32,000 nt of DNA from an uncultured Erysipelotrichaceae bacterium (GCA_964401865.1 CAYNZZ010000007.1:35162-67161); one strand, 5' to 3'; counted from the stretch's first letter, positions 16,248 through 24,919 are shown. Notes: generated by a model not told the origin, from the letters alone. Program-made: numbers and translations.

Positions 16248-17094
16248 AATATTTCTCCTCTTCGATAGGTAATACTTTTATATCTTGCCAGTTTTCTTGG
16301 GCGTCAAATGTGTGGCATAAGATTTTATCAAGATCAGCTTGCCCATTTAAGTAGGCAATCAGATTGGTTGCTAATTTTGGATAACTCTTTAAGGCATAAC
16401 TGGCTAACTTATCTAAACGCATATTGGAATCTTCACATATTGGATTGGCGTTTTTGGAAATTATTTGTGAATGTAAGGAATCATATTTACCCATTACTTT
16501 CATTGCCCCATACATAAAATTTCTTTTAATGTCGTTAGGGCAACGAAGCAAATGAATATAAAAGACCATTGATTCTAATGATTTATGAATATCATCAAGT
16601 GATAGATTTTTGAAAAACTCATGAATGATGATAGCATTTTCTTTGCTTGGAACTATATGGCAGACTGTGTCATACTTCAAAGGGTCTAAACCATCCATAA
16701 TTAACAGATGACGATCATTCTGAGTCTCGATTTCGGTATGCGAAACCTTAGAGTAAAATTCTTTGGCTTCGACATAACTATGAGAGTTATAGTCGAGGAC
16801 AAAATGTGATAGAAAGCCCAAAAGATAAGACATTAAGGCATCTTTATCCAATGGCGAATTAGCATAAGCTAAACGAGCATTAGTGAAAAACTCAGATGCA
16901 TTTATTTTATGCATATCAAATCCGACATCACTGACTGGACATTTATGATAGGCTTCATAATAAAAAAGGATATCGGGTCCATGAACGCCAATATCAAAAA
17001 GTTCACGATGTTTATTAATGATATCTTTAAGAGAATCAGAAAGTGTTTCAATACACGACTTTCCAAAACGATAATGGGCATATGTAGCAGGCAT
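16237..17094 (-). CDS. Zinc-dependent phospholipase C-like family protein (cytoplasmic, function unknown)
   Basis: I placed the start at 17094 (MPATYAHYRFG), which has a perfect AAGGAGG Shine-Dalgarno; the track start is 17130. The MPxxxxHxxFG ... HGPD ... H-rich pattern is typical of the bacterial family annotated as zinc dependent phospholipase C. No signal peptide is present. Confidence 0.65.
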   Translation of the reverse strand: MPATYAHYRFGKSCIETLSDSLKDIINKHRELFDIGVHGPDILFYYEAYHKCPVSDVGFDMHKINASEFFTNARLAYANSPLDKDALMSYLLGFLSHFVLDYNSHSYVEAKEFYSKVSHTEIETQNDRHLLIMDGLDPLKYDTVCHIVPSKENAIIIHEFFKNLSLDDIHKSLESMVFYIHLLRCPNDIKRNFMYGAMKVMGKYDSLHSQIISKNANPICEDSNMRLDKLASYALKSYPKLATNLIAYLNGQADLDKILCHTFDAQENWQDIKVLPIEEEKYYEI

Positions 17095-17167
17095 ATATAC
17101 CTCCTTTATAATAAGATAATGATAACACATAACTCGTTAAGCAATCAAAAAGCCTTTGGATAAACGC

Positions 17168-17192
17168 AAAATAAAAGTGCCTTATTTGGCAC
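17168..17192 (-). terminator. Putative terminator after the ECF S-component gene
   Basis: The minus strand reads GTGCC-AAATAA-GGCAC followed by TTTTATTTT, immediately after the stop at 17197..17199. The stem is short (5 bp, GC-rich). Confidence 0.5.
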
Positions 17193-17196
17193 AACT

Positions 17197-17697
17197 TTAA
17201 TTGATGAATTTATTTAGTGACAGTATCAATAAAGGTATTAAGATAAACTGTAATATGATACCAGGAATGGCGTTGATAAAAGCACTTGCCAAGAAAGCAT
17301 TAAAACTGATTTTAGTTATAATGTACATCACAATACCCCAAACAATTCTTCCTGCCAGCATACTGCCGATTAAAGAAACATAAATAGTTTTGATGCCTTT
17401 ATTTTTGAAGTGATTATAGATTAAATTAATCACTAATGCGTATGTAACCAATTCAAAGGCCATAGCGAAAGCTGATGGGAACATCGGTGGCATAGAGAAT
17501 AAAGCACTTCTTAGCAACGGAATCACAAACCCTACTAAAGATGCATATGGTAGAGGCAGTATCATACCGGCTAATAGAACTGGTATATGCATCGGTAATA
17601 ACATATTGCCTAATTGAGGTATCTGAGCTGTAAAAAATGGCAAAATAATACCAAGGGCGATAAAAAGAGCAGAAACGGTTAAATTCTTTATTGTCAT
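17197..17697 (-). CDS. ECF transporter S component (substrate unknown)
   Basis: 166 aa with about 5-6 TM helices. The LLPMHIPVLLAGMILP segment resembles the ThiW/ECF-S family signature. A GAGAGGAAAA Shine-Dalgarno is present. It is the last gene of a three-gene operon. Confidence 0.6.
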   Translation of the reverse strand: MTIKNLTVSALFIALGIILPFFTAQIPQLGNMLLPMHIPVLLAGMILPLPYASLVGFVIPLLRSALFSMPPMFPSAFAMAFELVTYALVINLIYNHFKNKGIKTIYVSLIGSMLAGRIVWGIVMYIITKISFNAFLASAFINAIPGIILQFILIPLLILSLNKFIN

Positions 17698-17709
17698 ATT
17701 TTTTCCTCT

Positions 17710-18702
17710 CTAAAAATAATCATCAGTATTAATGACGATGTCTGAATCTTTGTCTATCTGACATTCATTGAAGTATTTTTGTTCCTTAACAAGCCAAGTA
17801 TTAACAAAGTTATCGATATTGAAGTTTTCTCTTTTTTTGAGTCTTTGTATCTGTTTTTTGGGACTGCACTTTAAAAAGACTTTTAAATCGTAATACTTTT
17901 GTAATTCCGGAAGCATAGAATATGTTCCTTCAATTAACAGTATCTTATAATTATCAATCTTAACGGAAGGTAGATAACTTTGACTCGAACAGCTAAATGG
18001 TTGATATTCGATATTTTCATTTAAGACATGTTTTTTAAAATAAGCAATATTCATATTACCGGCTATCGTATCAAACCAATCGACGCCTCTTTCTTTTTTA
18101 GGTAAGTAAAAATCATCAAGATGAATTATTTCTAACTCAAAAACAGATGCCAGAATATTTGCTAATTCACTTTTACCACTGGCACACATGCCATCAATAG
18201 CAATAGTAATGCGATTTTTATCTTTGCTTATATTTTTGATCTTATCAATTAGTTTGAAATAACTGGCGTAGTCTTTATTTAATAATCGGTAGTGAGGGTG
18301 ATAATTCTTTTTATAGACATCGCTATGTGAAATAGGTTTAATGCCACCGGCTAAATAATTATCAATAGTGTCTTTACTACCAAAAAGTTCTACAATGACG
18401 TCAAGATAATTAAAGAACAAATCATTAGTTGTCGTATGCTGCATCGACAATAAAAATAAGTCCGACAATGTGTCTAGATTGGTGTGGTGGTCAAAATAAA
18501 AGCGAGCATAATTGTTAGTTAAATACTCTACTCTTTCTATATCGTTACATTCTTCCTTTTTGAGATTATCAACAATTGCTTGTTTATCCTGGTTCATGTG
18601 GTAGGGTCCATAAGCACACTGATAAGCAAGTTTGATATCATCAAAAATATCCATTAAAGGATACTTTTGATGATGTTTTAATAATAAATCATGGAACTCC
18701 AT
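17710..18702 (-). CDS. Uridine-kinase-fold P-loop kinase with an unrecognised ~160-aa N-terminal domain
   Basis: 330 aa. The C-terminal half aligns with Udk-type kinases: ITIAIDGMCASGKSE (P-loop), IIHLDDFY, ILLIEGTY, DLKVFLKCSPKKQIQRLKKR and SDIVI. The N-terminal 160 aa (H/Y-rich, HSDVYKKNYHPHYR) matches nothing I can name. Confidence 0.65.
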   Translation of the reverse strand: MEFHDLLLKHHQKYPLMDIFDDIKLAYQCAYGPYHMNQDKQAIVDNLKKEECNDIERVEYLTNNYARFYFDHHTNLDTLSDLFLLSMQHTTTNDLFFNYLDVIVELFGSKDTIDNYLAGGIKPISHSDVYKKNYHPHYRLLNKDYASYFKLIDKIKNISKDKNRITIAIDGMCASGKSELANILASVFELEIIHLDDFYLPKKERGVDWFDTIAGNMNIAYFKKHVLNENIEYQPFSCSSQSYLPSVKIDNYKILLIEGTYSMLPELQKYYDLKVFLKCSPKKQIQRLKKRENFNIDNFVNTWLVKEQKYFNECQIDKDSDIVINTDDYF

Positions 18703-18703
18703 G

Positions 18704-19570
18704 TTAGATTTCGATTAATTCGTATTCTCTACTACCAAATCCCAATTCATTAGCAGACTCAATAGTACGGATACCATTTCTTGATTCGATTCTTTCGATC
18801 AATTCTTTTTGTCCCGGATCATCTGTTGCTCCATATACTAAATCTATACATGCTTGATCGATGGCGATTGGATCTAATGAAGCCAAAATGCCGATATCTT
18901 TCATACAAGGATCTTCAGCCACTGCACAACAGTCGCAATCTACAGACATATTCTTCATGACATTGATATAAGCTACATTTCCTTTGAAATATGATACAAC
19001 ACTACTGGCAGCATCAGCCATAGCATCCAAGAATGAATCATGATCGGAATTCCAGAAATCATCAACATTACCAACGCCATGAATGTAGGCTTTACCATAT
19101 GAACTGGCAACGCCAATAGATAATTGTTTAATGGCTCCACCAAAGCCACCCATTGGATGTCCCTTGAAATGTGATAATACTAGCAACGAATCATAATTGG
19201 TTATATTTTTACCGACATAGTTGGCTTTGATAACTTTGCCATTTGGAATGTCTAATTTTAAATCTGGCCCTTCAGCATCTAAGATATCAACTTTGAAGTC
19301 TTTGTCCCAACCGTGTTTTTTGATTAGTTCTCTATGTTTTTCGGTTGTGTTTCTAGCGCCTTCGTATGCAGTGTTACACTCAACGATAGTACCGTCAACT
19401 TTTTCAGTGATGTTTTTCCAAAAATCAGGTCTTAAAAAGTTCTGATTTCCTTCTTCGCCAGAGTGAACTTTGATTGCTACATTGCCAGGAAGGTCAACAT
19501 TTAACATTTCATATAATGCTAATACTTTTTCTGGAGTAATTTCTTTTGTAAAATACACTTTTGATTTCAT
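18704..19570 (-). CDS. DUF362 domain protein (putative Fe-S binding)
   Basis: 288 aa. The block MSVDCDCCAVAEDPC...GILASLDPIAIDQACIDLV resembles the Cys-rich core of DUF362 as I remember it. An AAAGGAGAAG Shine-Dalgarno is present. Only 1 nt separates it from the next gene. Confidence 0.6.
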   Translation of the reverse strand: MKSKVYFTKEITPEKVLALYEMLNVDLPGNVAIKVHSGEEGNQNFLRPDFWKNITEKVDGTIVECNTAYEGARNTTEKHRELIKKHGWDKDFKVDILDAEGPDLKLDIPNGKVIKANYVGKNITNYDSLLVLSHFKGHPMGGFGGAIKQLSIGVASSYGKAYIHGVGNVDDFWNSDHDSFLDAMADAASSVVSYFKGNVAYINVMKNMSVDCDCCAVAEDPCMKDIGILASLDPIAIDQACIDLVYGATDDPGQKELIERIESRNGIRTIESANELGFGSREYELIEI

Positions 19571-19596
19571 AATTATAACTTCTCCTTTATATAAAA

Positions 19597-19605
19597 ATTA
19601 TAACA
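19597..19605 (-). promoter_or_regulatory. Extended -10 (TGTTATAAT) promoter element for the DUF362 operon
   Basis: The minus strand reads TGTTATAAT about 27 nt upstream of the DUF362 ATG. That leaves a leader of only about 20 nt, so there is no room for a riboswitch. Confidence 0.45.
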
Positions 19606-19640
19606 CTTGAAACTAATGCTAGTTTTAAGTTGATAAAAAA

Positions 19641-20174
19641 TTATTTGATGTCTATCCAATATCTTTGTAGCACCTTGCCATCATAAATGACTTCATTTTC
19701 AAGAATGCCACCATTATTCATAATTGATTTGGCTGAACCGATATTGGTTTTATCGCAAGTCATCAATACTCTATCGATGTTTAGCTCTCGACATTTTTCT
19801 AATGCCAAGGCAATCATTTTTGTTGCATAACCTTTTCTTCTTTGACTTGGTCTTATGCCATCACCGATATGCCCGCCATATTTTAATAGATGTTCATTAA
19901 GTGAATGTCTGATGTCGATAGCTCCTAGCATGATATCATCTTCATCATCATATAAGAAATATGTTGATGAAGGCACAATGCCAGAACTTTCATTGCCTTT
20001 ACCATCGATTTCTAATTGCTTGATGTAATAATCATAGTCAGCTATGTCGTGTTTGAAGATGGCGTAAGGCGTAAGACTGTCGCCAGAATCTTCGATATGG
20101 TTTTTCCACTCGTTAATCATATCAACGATTTGGTTTTGATATTTTTTACTAGCTTTTACTAAAGTTAATGTCAT
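19641..20174 (-). CDS. GNAT family N-acetyltransferase
   Basis: I placed the start at 20174 (MTLTLVKASKKY, AAAGGA Shine-Dalgarno), which removes the track overlap with cobB. GNAT motif A is RRKGYATKMIALALEKCRE. Confidence 0.8.
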   Translation of the reverse strand: MTLTLVKASKKYQNQIVDMINEWKNHIEDSGDSLTPYAIFKHDIADYDYYIKQLEIDGKGNESSGIVPSSTYFLYDDEDDIMLGAIDIRHSLNEHLLKYGGHIGDGIRPSQRRKGYATKMIALALEKCRELNIDRVLMTCDKTNIGSAKSIMNNGGILENEVIYDGKVLQRYWIDIK

Positions 20175-20184
20175 ATTTATCCTT

Positions 20185-20892
20185 TCATATTTTTGAGATG
20201 ATATTAATGATGTCATCGTTAATTACCAAGTCAGCGATATTGTCATATGGAGTATTTGATTTATTTAATAGTATTAGCTTATCGCCAGTAAAATAGCGAA
20301 TAAAACTAGCGGCTGGATATACCACTAAAGAAGTGCCGATAACGATAAGCGTTTTAGCGTTAGAGATAGCTGTAATAGCATTTTTAATCACTTGATTATC
20401 TAAACTTTCTTCGTATAAGACAACATCAGGTTTGATAATGCCACCACATTCGCAATATGGGATATCTTTAAAATTCATTATGGCGTCTAAACCATATTGT
20501 TTATGGCACTTCATACAATAATTATTATGAATAGTTCCATGCAGCTCTATCACATTTTTACTTCCTGCCATATGGTGCAACCCATCGATGTTTTGTGTGA
20601 TAACAGCTTTACACTTGCCGATTTTTTCAAGTTCGCTAATCCATTTATGCGCTTTGTTCGGTTTAGCATTTTTAAAAATCATCTTTTTCTTATAGAAGTC
20701 AAAAAACTCTTTAGGGTTATTTATGAAATAACTATGTGAGATTATTTCTTCAGCTTTTAAATCGGTATTATATAGACCATCAGAACTTCTAAAATCAGGA
20801 ATGCCTGATGGTACGCTTATTCCGGCACCGGTAAAAAAGACGATGTCGTCACTACTCTTGATAATTTGTTTAAGTTCTTCGTATTTATCCAT
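20185..20892 (-). CDS. cobB: NAD-dependent protein deacylase, Sir2 family (CobB)
   Basis: 235 aa. Motifs GAGISVPSGIPDFRS and TQNIDGLH and the zinc ribbon CMKC...CECGG are present. Its size is that of a canonical bacterial sirtuin. Confidence 0.9.
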   Translation of the reverse strand: MDKYEELKQIIKSSDDIVFFTGAGISVPSGIPDFRSSDGLYNTDLKAEEIISHSYFINNPKEFFDFYKKKMIFKNAKPNKAHKWISELEKIGKCKAVITQNIDGLHHMAGSKNVIELHGTIHNNYCMKCHKQYGLDAIMNFKDIPYCECGGIIKPDVVLYEESLDNQVIKNAITAISNAKTLIVIGTSLVVYPAASFIRYFTGDKLILLNKSNTPYDNIADLVINDDIINIISKI

Positions 20893-20894
20893 AA

Positions 20895-21716
20895 TTAAAT
20901 CTTATATTTGTTTCTTTTTTCAATGAATAAATCAACAGCCTTGTTGTATTCATCGTGAATGGTGTCAATCAATTCACGGTTGGCTAAATTAATTGATTTA
21001 CGTAAATCATGACGCAAGCGTCTTAATTTCTTCTTGGCTTCCTTGATTTCCTTGACTAATTTCTTAGGACGAACCTTTAGGTTAGGATATGCATTTCTAA
21101 GACGTCTGTGTAGAAAGTTATGATTTTTAAGTAGATTTAAAACCTCTTTTGAAATTTCTTCGGTATTGTCTAATTCTGATTTATTGATGTATATCTTTAC
21201 ATGGTTTAACACAACATAAGATAATGCACAATCAAACATCATTAAAGTAACAATGACAAGTGAAACGATTTCTAGAGTAAAATCATTAAAACGGACGATG
21301 AAATCAAAATAAATAGGATCAATTACTTTTACAATAAACATTGAAGCCAGACCAAACAATATTATATTACCAAGCCAAACTCTGCCATGAATATTGTAAG
21401 GTTTAGTAGAATAATCCCACCATCTGGCATTAAAACATTTTTCTAAAATAAAACTGGTAAAGTATTCAAGCGCTCCACATACTATCGCTCCCATCAAGAA
21501 TGTACCACTCCAAGTCATAGCGATAACAGGGAAGAAATGGTTGATGATGGCGGTTATTGCGACAGTGCCAAAACCATAGATGGGACAATAAGGACCGATC
21601 AAAAATCCACGGTTAATAAAGCGGTGAAATTGAATGTATTTCAAAGTGGTTTCCATTAACCAACCCAAAATGGAAAAAATAAAAAATAAAATAATGTATT
21701 CTTCAAAAGTTCTCAT
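20895..21716 (-). CDS. DUF1113-like polytopic membrane protein ('putative ABC-transporter type IV' family) with a basic C-terminal tail
   Basis: 273 aa. The N-terminal roughly 170 aa has 5-6 TM helices with GPYCPIYGFG. The C-terminal roughly 90 aa is K/R-rich and helical. Its stop lies 2 nt from the cobB start. Confidence 0.55.
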   Translation of the reverse strand: MRTFEEYIILFFIFSILGWLMETTLKYIQFHRFINRGFLIGPYCPIYGFGTVAITAIINHFFPVIAMTWSGTFLMGAIVCGALEYFTSFILEKCFNARWWDYSTKPYNIHGRVWLGNIILFGLASMFIVKVIDPIYFDFIVRFNDFTLEIVSLVIVTLMMFDCALSYVVLNHVKIYINKSELDNTEEISKEVLNLLKNHNFLHRRLRNAYPNLKVRPKKLVKEIKEAKKKLRRLRHDLRKSINLANRELIDTIHDEYNKAVDLFIEKRNKYKI

Positions 21717-21779
21717 GCAACAATTATAATATAAATATAGAAAATAGTATAAAATATACGTAAAGAAAAGAGATTGAAT

Positions 21780-22610
21780 ATGGAAAAATATACATTGAGT
21801 AATGGGGTAGAAATACCAGCTATTGGATTTGGAACTTTTAAAAATAAAGGTCAGTCTGCATATGATTCAGTTTTAGAGGCTCTACGCGTTGGTTATCGTC
21901 ATATTGATACGGCTTCAATTTACGGTAATGAAAAAGAAGTTGGTCAAGCGATTAAAGATAGTGGCGTTGATCGCAAAGATATTTTTGTGACATCAAAGGT
22001 ATGGCGTGATAGTAGAGGATATGAAAAGACTATTGCATCGTTTAATAAGACACTTGAAGATTTAGGTTTAGATTACTTAGACTGTTTTTTAATTCATTGG
22101 CCTTGCCCAATCAACAAAGAGAATTATAATGAAGTGAATATTGATACATGGAGAGCATTGATTGATTTATATAAAGCCAAAAAAGTTAAGGTAATTGGTG
22201 TTTCAAACTTCTTACCTCATCATATTAAACCTTTACTAGAATCAGAGATTAAACCGATGATGAACCAAATTGAGGTTCATCCAGGATATATGCAAGAAGA
22301 AATTGTTGATTTATGTCGTAGAGAAAATATTTTAGTTGAGGCATGGGAACCATTAGGCAAAGCTAGCATTTTAAGTGATGAAAGAATAATTAAGTTAGCA
22401 GAAAAGTATCAAAAAACTCCTGCTCAAATATGTATTCGCTGGTCTTTGGATAATGGATTCTTACCGCTTCCAAAATCTCAAACTCCTTCGAGAATCAAAG
22501 AAAATCTGATGGTTGAAGACTTTAAATTGAGCAAAGAAGATGTTGAATATGTCAATACTTTTGAATTCTGCGGCGGTTCAAAAATCAATCCTGATGAGGT
22601 TGAACCTTGA
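21780..22610 (+). CDS. Aldo-keto reductase (2,5-diketo-D-gluconate reductase/YvgN-like)
   Basis: Motifs IGFGTF, HIDTASIYGNE (catalytic Y), SKVW (K) and LDYLDCFLIHWP (H) are present. I prefer the ATG at 21780 over the TTG at 21774. Confidence 0.9.
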   Translation: MEKYTLSNGVEIPAIGFGTFKNKGQSAYDSVLEALRVGYRHIDTASIYGNEKEVGQAIKDSGVDRKDIFVTSKVWRDSRGYEKTIASFNKTLEDLGLDYLDCFLIHWPCPINKENYNEVNIDTWRALIDLYKAKKVKVIGVSNFLPHHIKPLLESEIKPMMNQIEVHPGYMQEEIVDLCRRENILVEAWEPLGKASILSDERIIKLAEKYQKTPAQICIRWSLDNGFLPLPKSQTPSRIKENLMVEDFKLSKEDVEYVNTFEFCGGSKINPDEVEP

Positions 22611-23236
22611 TTAAATACGATGCAATAATTGTGGCATCAGGTAAAGGTGAGAGATTAAATTTAGGTTACAATAAAGTCTTTTATCGTTTTGATGATGGAA
22701 TGACAATTTTGGATAAGGCGATGTCTTTGTTTATTGAAGATGAGGATTGTCAAAGAATTATCGTTGTTACCAATGAAGAAGACTTTAAAAATGTGCGGTT
22801 AAGTCCAAAAGTTAAATTGACTAAAGGTGGGAAACTTAGAAAAGATAGTGTTTACGCCGGTATAGAACTGATTAAAAGCCCATACGTTTTGATACATGAC
22901 GGTGCGCGTCCTTATTTGAAAAAGGAAGATTTAGATAATTTGAAACAAGCACTAAGTGATAATGATGCGTGTATTCTAGCGATGAAGGTCAAAGAAACAG
23001 TGAAGTATGAAAAAGATGGCTTTATTGTTGATACTTTAGATAGGAATCATATTTTCTTAGCTCAGACACCACAAGGCTTTAAAAGTGATCTAATTAGAGA
23101 TGCTTATCAAAAGGCTGATGATTTAAATGTTGAGTTCACTGACGATTCATCTATTGTCGAACATTTCGGTGTTCCGGTCAAGATTGTCGAAGGTTCAAGA
23201 GGGAATGATAAGATAACCTTTAAAGAAGATCTTTAG
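22607..23236 (+). CDS. ispD: IspD/TarI-family sugar-phosphate cytidylyltransferase
   Basis: 209 aa. Motifs AIIVASGKGERL, GGKLRKDSV, HDGARP, QTPQGF, TDDSS and VEGSRGNDKIT are present. The TTG start overlaps the AKR stop (TTGA), with GAGG 8 nt upstream. The family is clear, but I cannot decide the substrate (MEP versus ribitol-5-P or another alditol-P) from sequence alone. Confidence 0.75.
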   Translation: MIKYDAIIVASGKGERLNLGYNKVFYRFDDGMTILDKAMSLFIEDEDCQRIIVVTNEEDFKNVRLSPKVKLTKGGKLRKDSVYAGIELIKSPYVLIHDGARPYLKKEDLDNLKQALSDNDACILAMKVKETVKYEKDGFIVDTLDRNHIFLAQTPQGFKSDLIRDAYQKADDLNVEFTDDSSIVEHFGVPVKIVEGSRGNDKITFKEDL

Positions 23237-23241
23237 CTCAT

Positions 23242-23277
23242 AAAACTTAGAAGTATTAACTATTTCTAAGTTTTTTT
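23242..23277 (+). terminator. Rho-independent terminator after the cytidylyltransferase gene
   Basis: AAAACTTAGAA-(11 nt)-TTCTAAGTTTT forms the stem and runs into T7. Confidence 0.8.
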
Positions 23278-23378
23278 ATTGCAAATTGGCAAAATGTTAC
23301 TAGAATAGAAAAGGTTAAATTATTTATCGAATTAAAATTAACTTAACTTAAATGAATTAATATTTAGGAGATTTATAA

Positions 23379-24713
23379 ATGAATAAAGATTTAACGACAG
23401 GTAAGCCGGAAACGGTTTTGTGGAAATTTTGTCTTCCACTATTTGGAAGCATCGTTTTTCAGCAACTTTACAACATAGCCGATAGTTTTGTCGCTGGTAA
23501 ATTTATCGGTGAAGATGCCTTGGCAGCTGTTGGAAACAGTTATGAGATAACTTTGATATTTATCGCTTTTGCGTTTGGTTGTAATATCGGTTGTTCGGTG
23601 ATTGTGTCGAGATTATTCGGTGGCAAGAAATTCAATGAGCTAAAAACAGCTGTTTATACAACTTTAATAGCTAGTGGCGTGTTATGTGCAATACTGATAC
23701 TTATAGGAATTAATTGCTCAGATATGTTACTAAGACTGATAAATACACCTGAAAATGTAATGGCTGACTCTAAATTGTACTTAGATATCTATTGTTTAGG
23801 TCTTCCTTTTGTGTTTTATTATAATGTTTCAACCGGAATCTTTTCGGCTTTGGGTGATTCTAAAACGCCATTTATTTTCTTGGCAGTTTCTTCAACGAGC
23901 AATGTGCTTGTAGATATTTTATTTGTAAATGTCTTTAATATGGGTGTGTCGGGCGTGGCATGGGCAACTTTTCTTTGCCAAGGTATAAGCTGTATTATGG
24001 CGGTATTATTTGTGTTTAAACGTTTTTCAACTATTCAAACTGTTGGAAAAGTTCAGATTTTTTCTTGGGAATTATTGAGAAGAATATCGGTTATTGCAAT
24101 TCCTAGTATTCTTCAACAGAGTTTTATTTCGGTTGGTAATATCGTAATTCAAGGTATTATCAACTCTTTCGGTTCAAGTGTAATGGCGGGCTATTCAGCT
24201 TCCATCAAACTAAATAATCTCGTAATCACATCTTTAAATACTTTGGGCAACGGTGTATCAAATTATACTGCGCAAAATATTGGTGCCCAAAAACACGAGC
24301 GTGTGCATGAAGGATTTAAAGCGGGCATTAAAATGGTTTGGATTTTATGCGCGCCGTTATTTGCCCTGTATTTTTTCTTTGGCAGAGGACTTGTATCGAT
24401 TTTCTTGCAGAATCCATCAGGCGTTGCTATGCAGGTTGGCATAGATATCTTAAGAATTTTATCGCCATTCTATTTTTTGGTTGCAGTTAAAATTGTGGCT
24501 GATGGCATCTTGCGTGGGGCAGGTATTATGGGCAAGTTTATGGTTACGACATTTACCGATTTGATCTTGCGTGTTGTATTGGCTCTATTCTTATCTAAAA
24601 CTTCACTTGGTGTTTTGGGAATCTGGTTGGCTTGGCCGATTGGCTGGATAGTCGGAATGATTATGTCGGTGATTTTCTATGATGGAAGCGTGAAGAATAG
24701 AAGTATTTATTAG
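23379..24713 (+). CDS. MATE family efflux transporter (second copy in the window)
   Basis: 444 aa and polytopic. It has PLFGSIVFQQLYNIADSFVAGKFIGEDALAAVG and ALGDSKTP. An AGGAG Shine-Dalgarno is present. Confidence 0.85.
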   Translation: MNKDLTTGKPETVLWKFCLPLFGSIVFQQLYNIADSFVAGKFIGEDALAAVGNSYEITLIFIAFAFGCNIGCSVIVSRLFGGKKFNELKTAVYTTLIASGVLCAILILIGINCSDMLLRLINTPENVMADSKLYLDIYCLGLPFVFYYNVSTGIFSALGDSKTPFIFLAVSSTSNVLVDILFVNVFNMGVSGVAWATFLCQGISCIMAVLFVFKRFSTIQTVGKVQIFSWELLRRISVIAIPSILQQSFISVGNIVIQGIINSFGSSVMAGYSASIKLNNLVITSLNTLGNGVSNYTAQNIGAQKHERVHEGFKAGIKMVWILCAPLFALYFFFGRGLVSIFLQNPSGVAMQVGIDILRILSPFYFLVAVKIVADGILRGAGIMGKFMVTTFTDLILRVVLALFLSKTSLGVLGIWLAWPIGWIVGMIMSVIFYDGSVKNRSIY

Positions 24714-24745
24714 GGATAAAAAGAATCGATCATCTAAAAATTAAT

Positions 24746-24782
24746 GGTTTTGCACTATTAAAGGCGGCAAAACCGTTTTTTA
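24746..24782 (+). terminator. Rho-independent terminator after the MATE gene
   Basis: GGTTTTGC-(13 nt)-GCAAAACC followed by GTTTTTTAT. Confidence 0.8.
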
Positions 24783-24919
24783 TAGGATAATAACGGTTTT
24801 GAAAAGAATGTAGACTTTGAATGATTACAAAATGAATTGAATCGATATGAATTAAATGATACTTAACAGCTTTTATAAAATGTTTAGGATTTCCTATTTC
24901 ATCTATAAACAATATAACG

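Noticed and set aside
20185-20892. The Sir2-domain protein as a possible anti-phage defence effector (Thoeris, DSR or SIR2-HerA type).
   Set aside because: It is a canonical 235-aa CobB-type sirtuin with the GAGIS and TQNIDGLH motifs and an intact zinc ribbon. It has no fused sensor domain, no partner defence genes, and a housekeeping context.
24730-24912. A 60-aa minus-strand ORF in the MATE-comFA intergenic region.
   Set aside because: It runs straight through the strong plus-strand terminator hairpin at 24746..24782. It has no Shine-Dalgarno and no recognisable motif, so it is most likely non-coding spacer.
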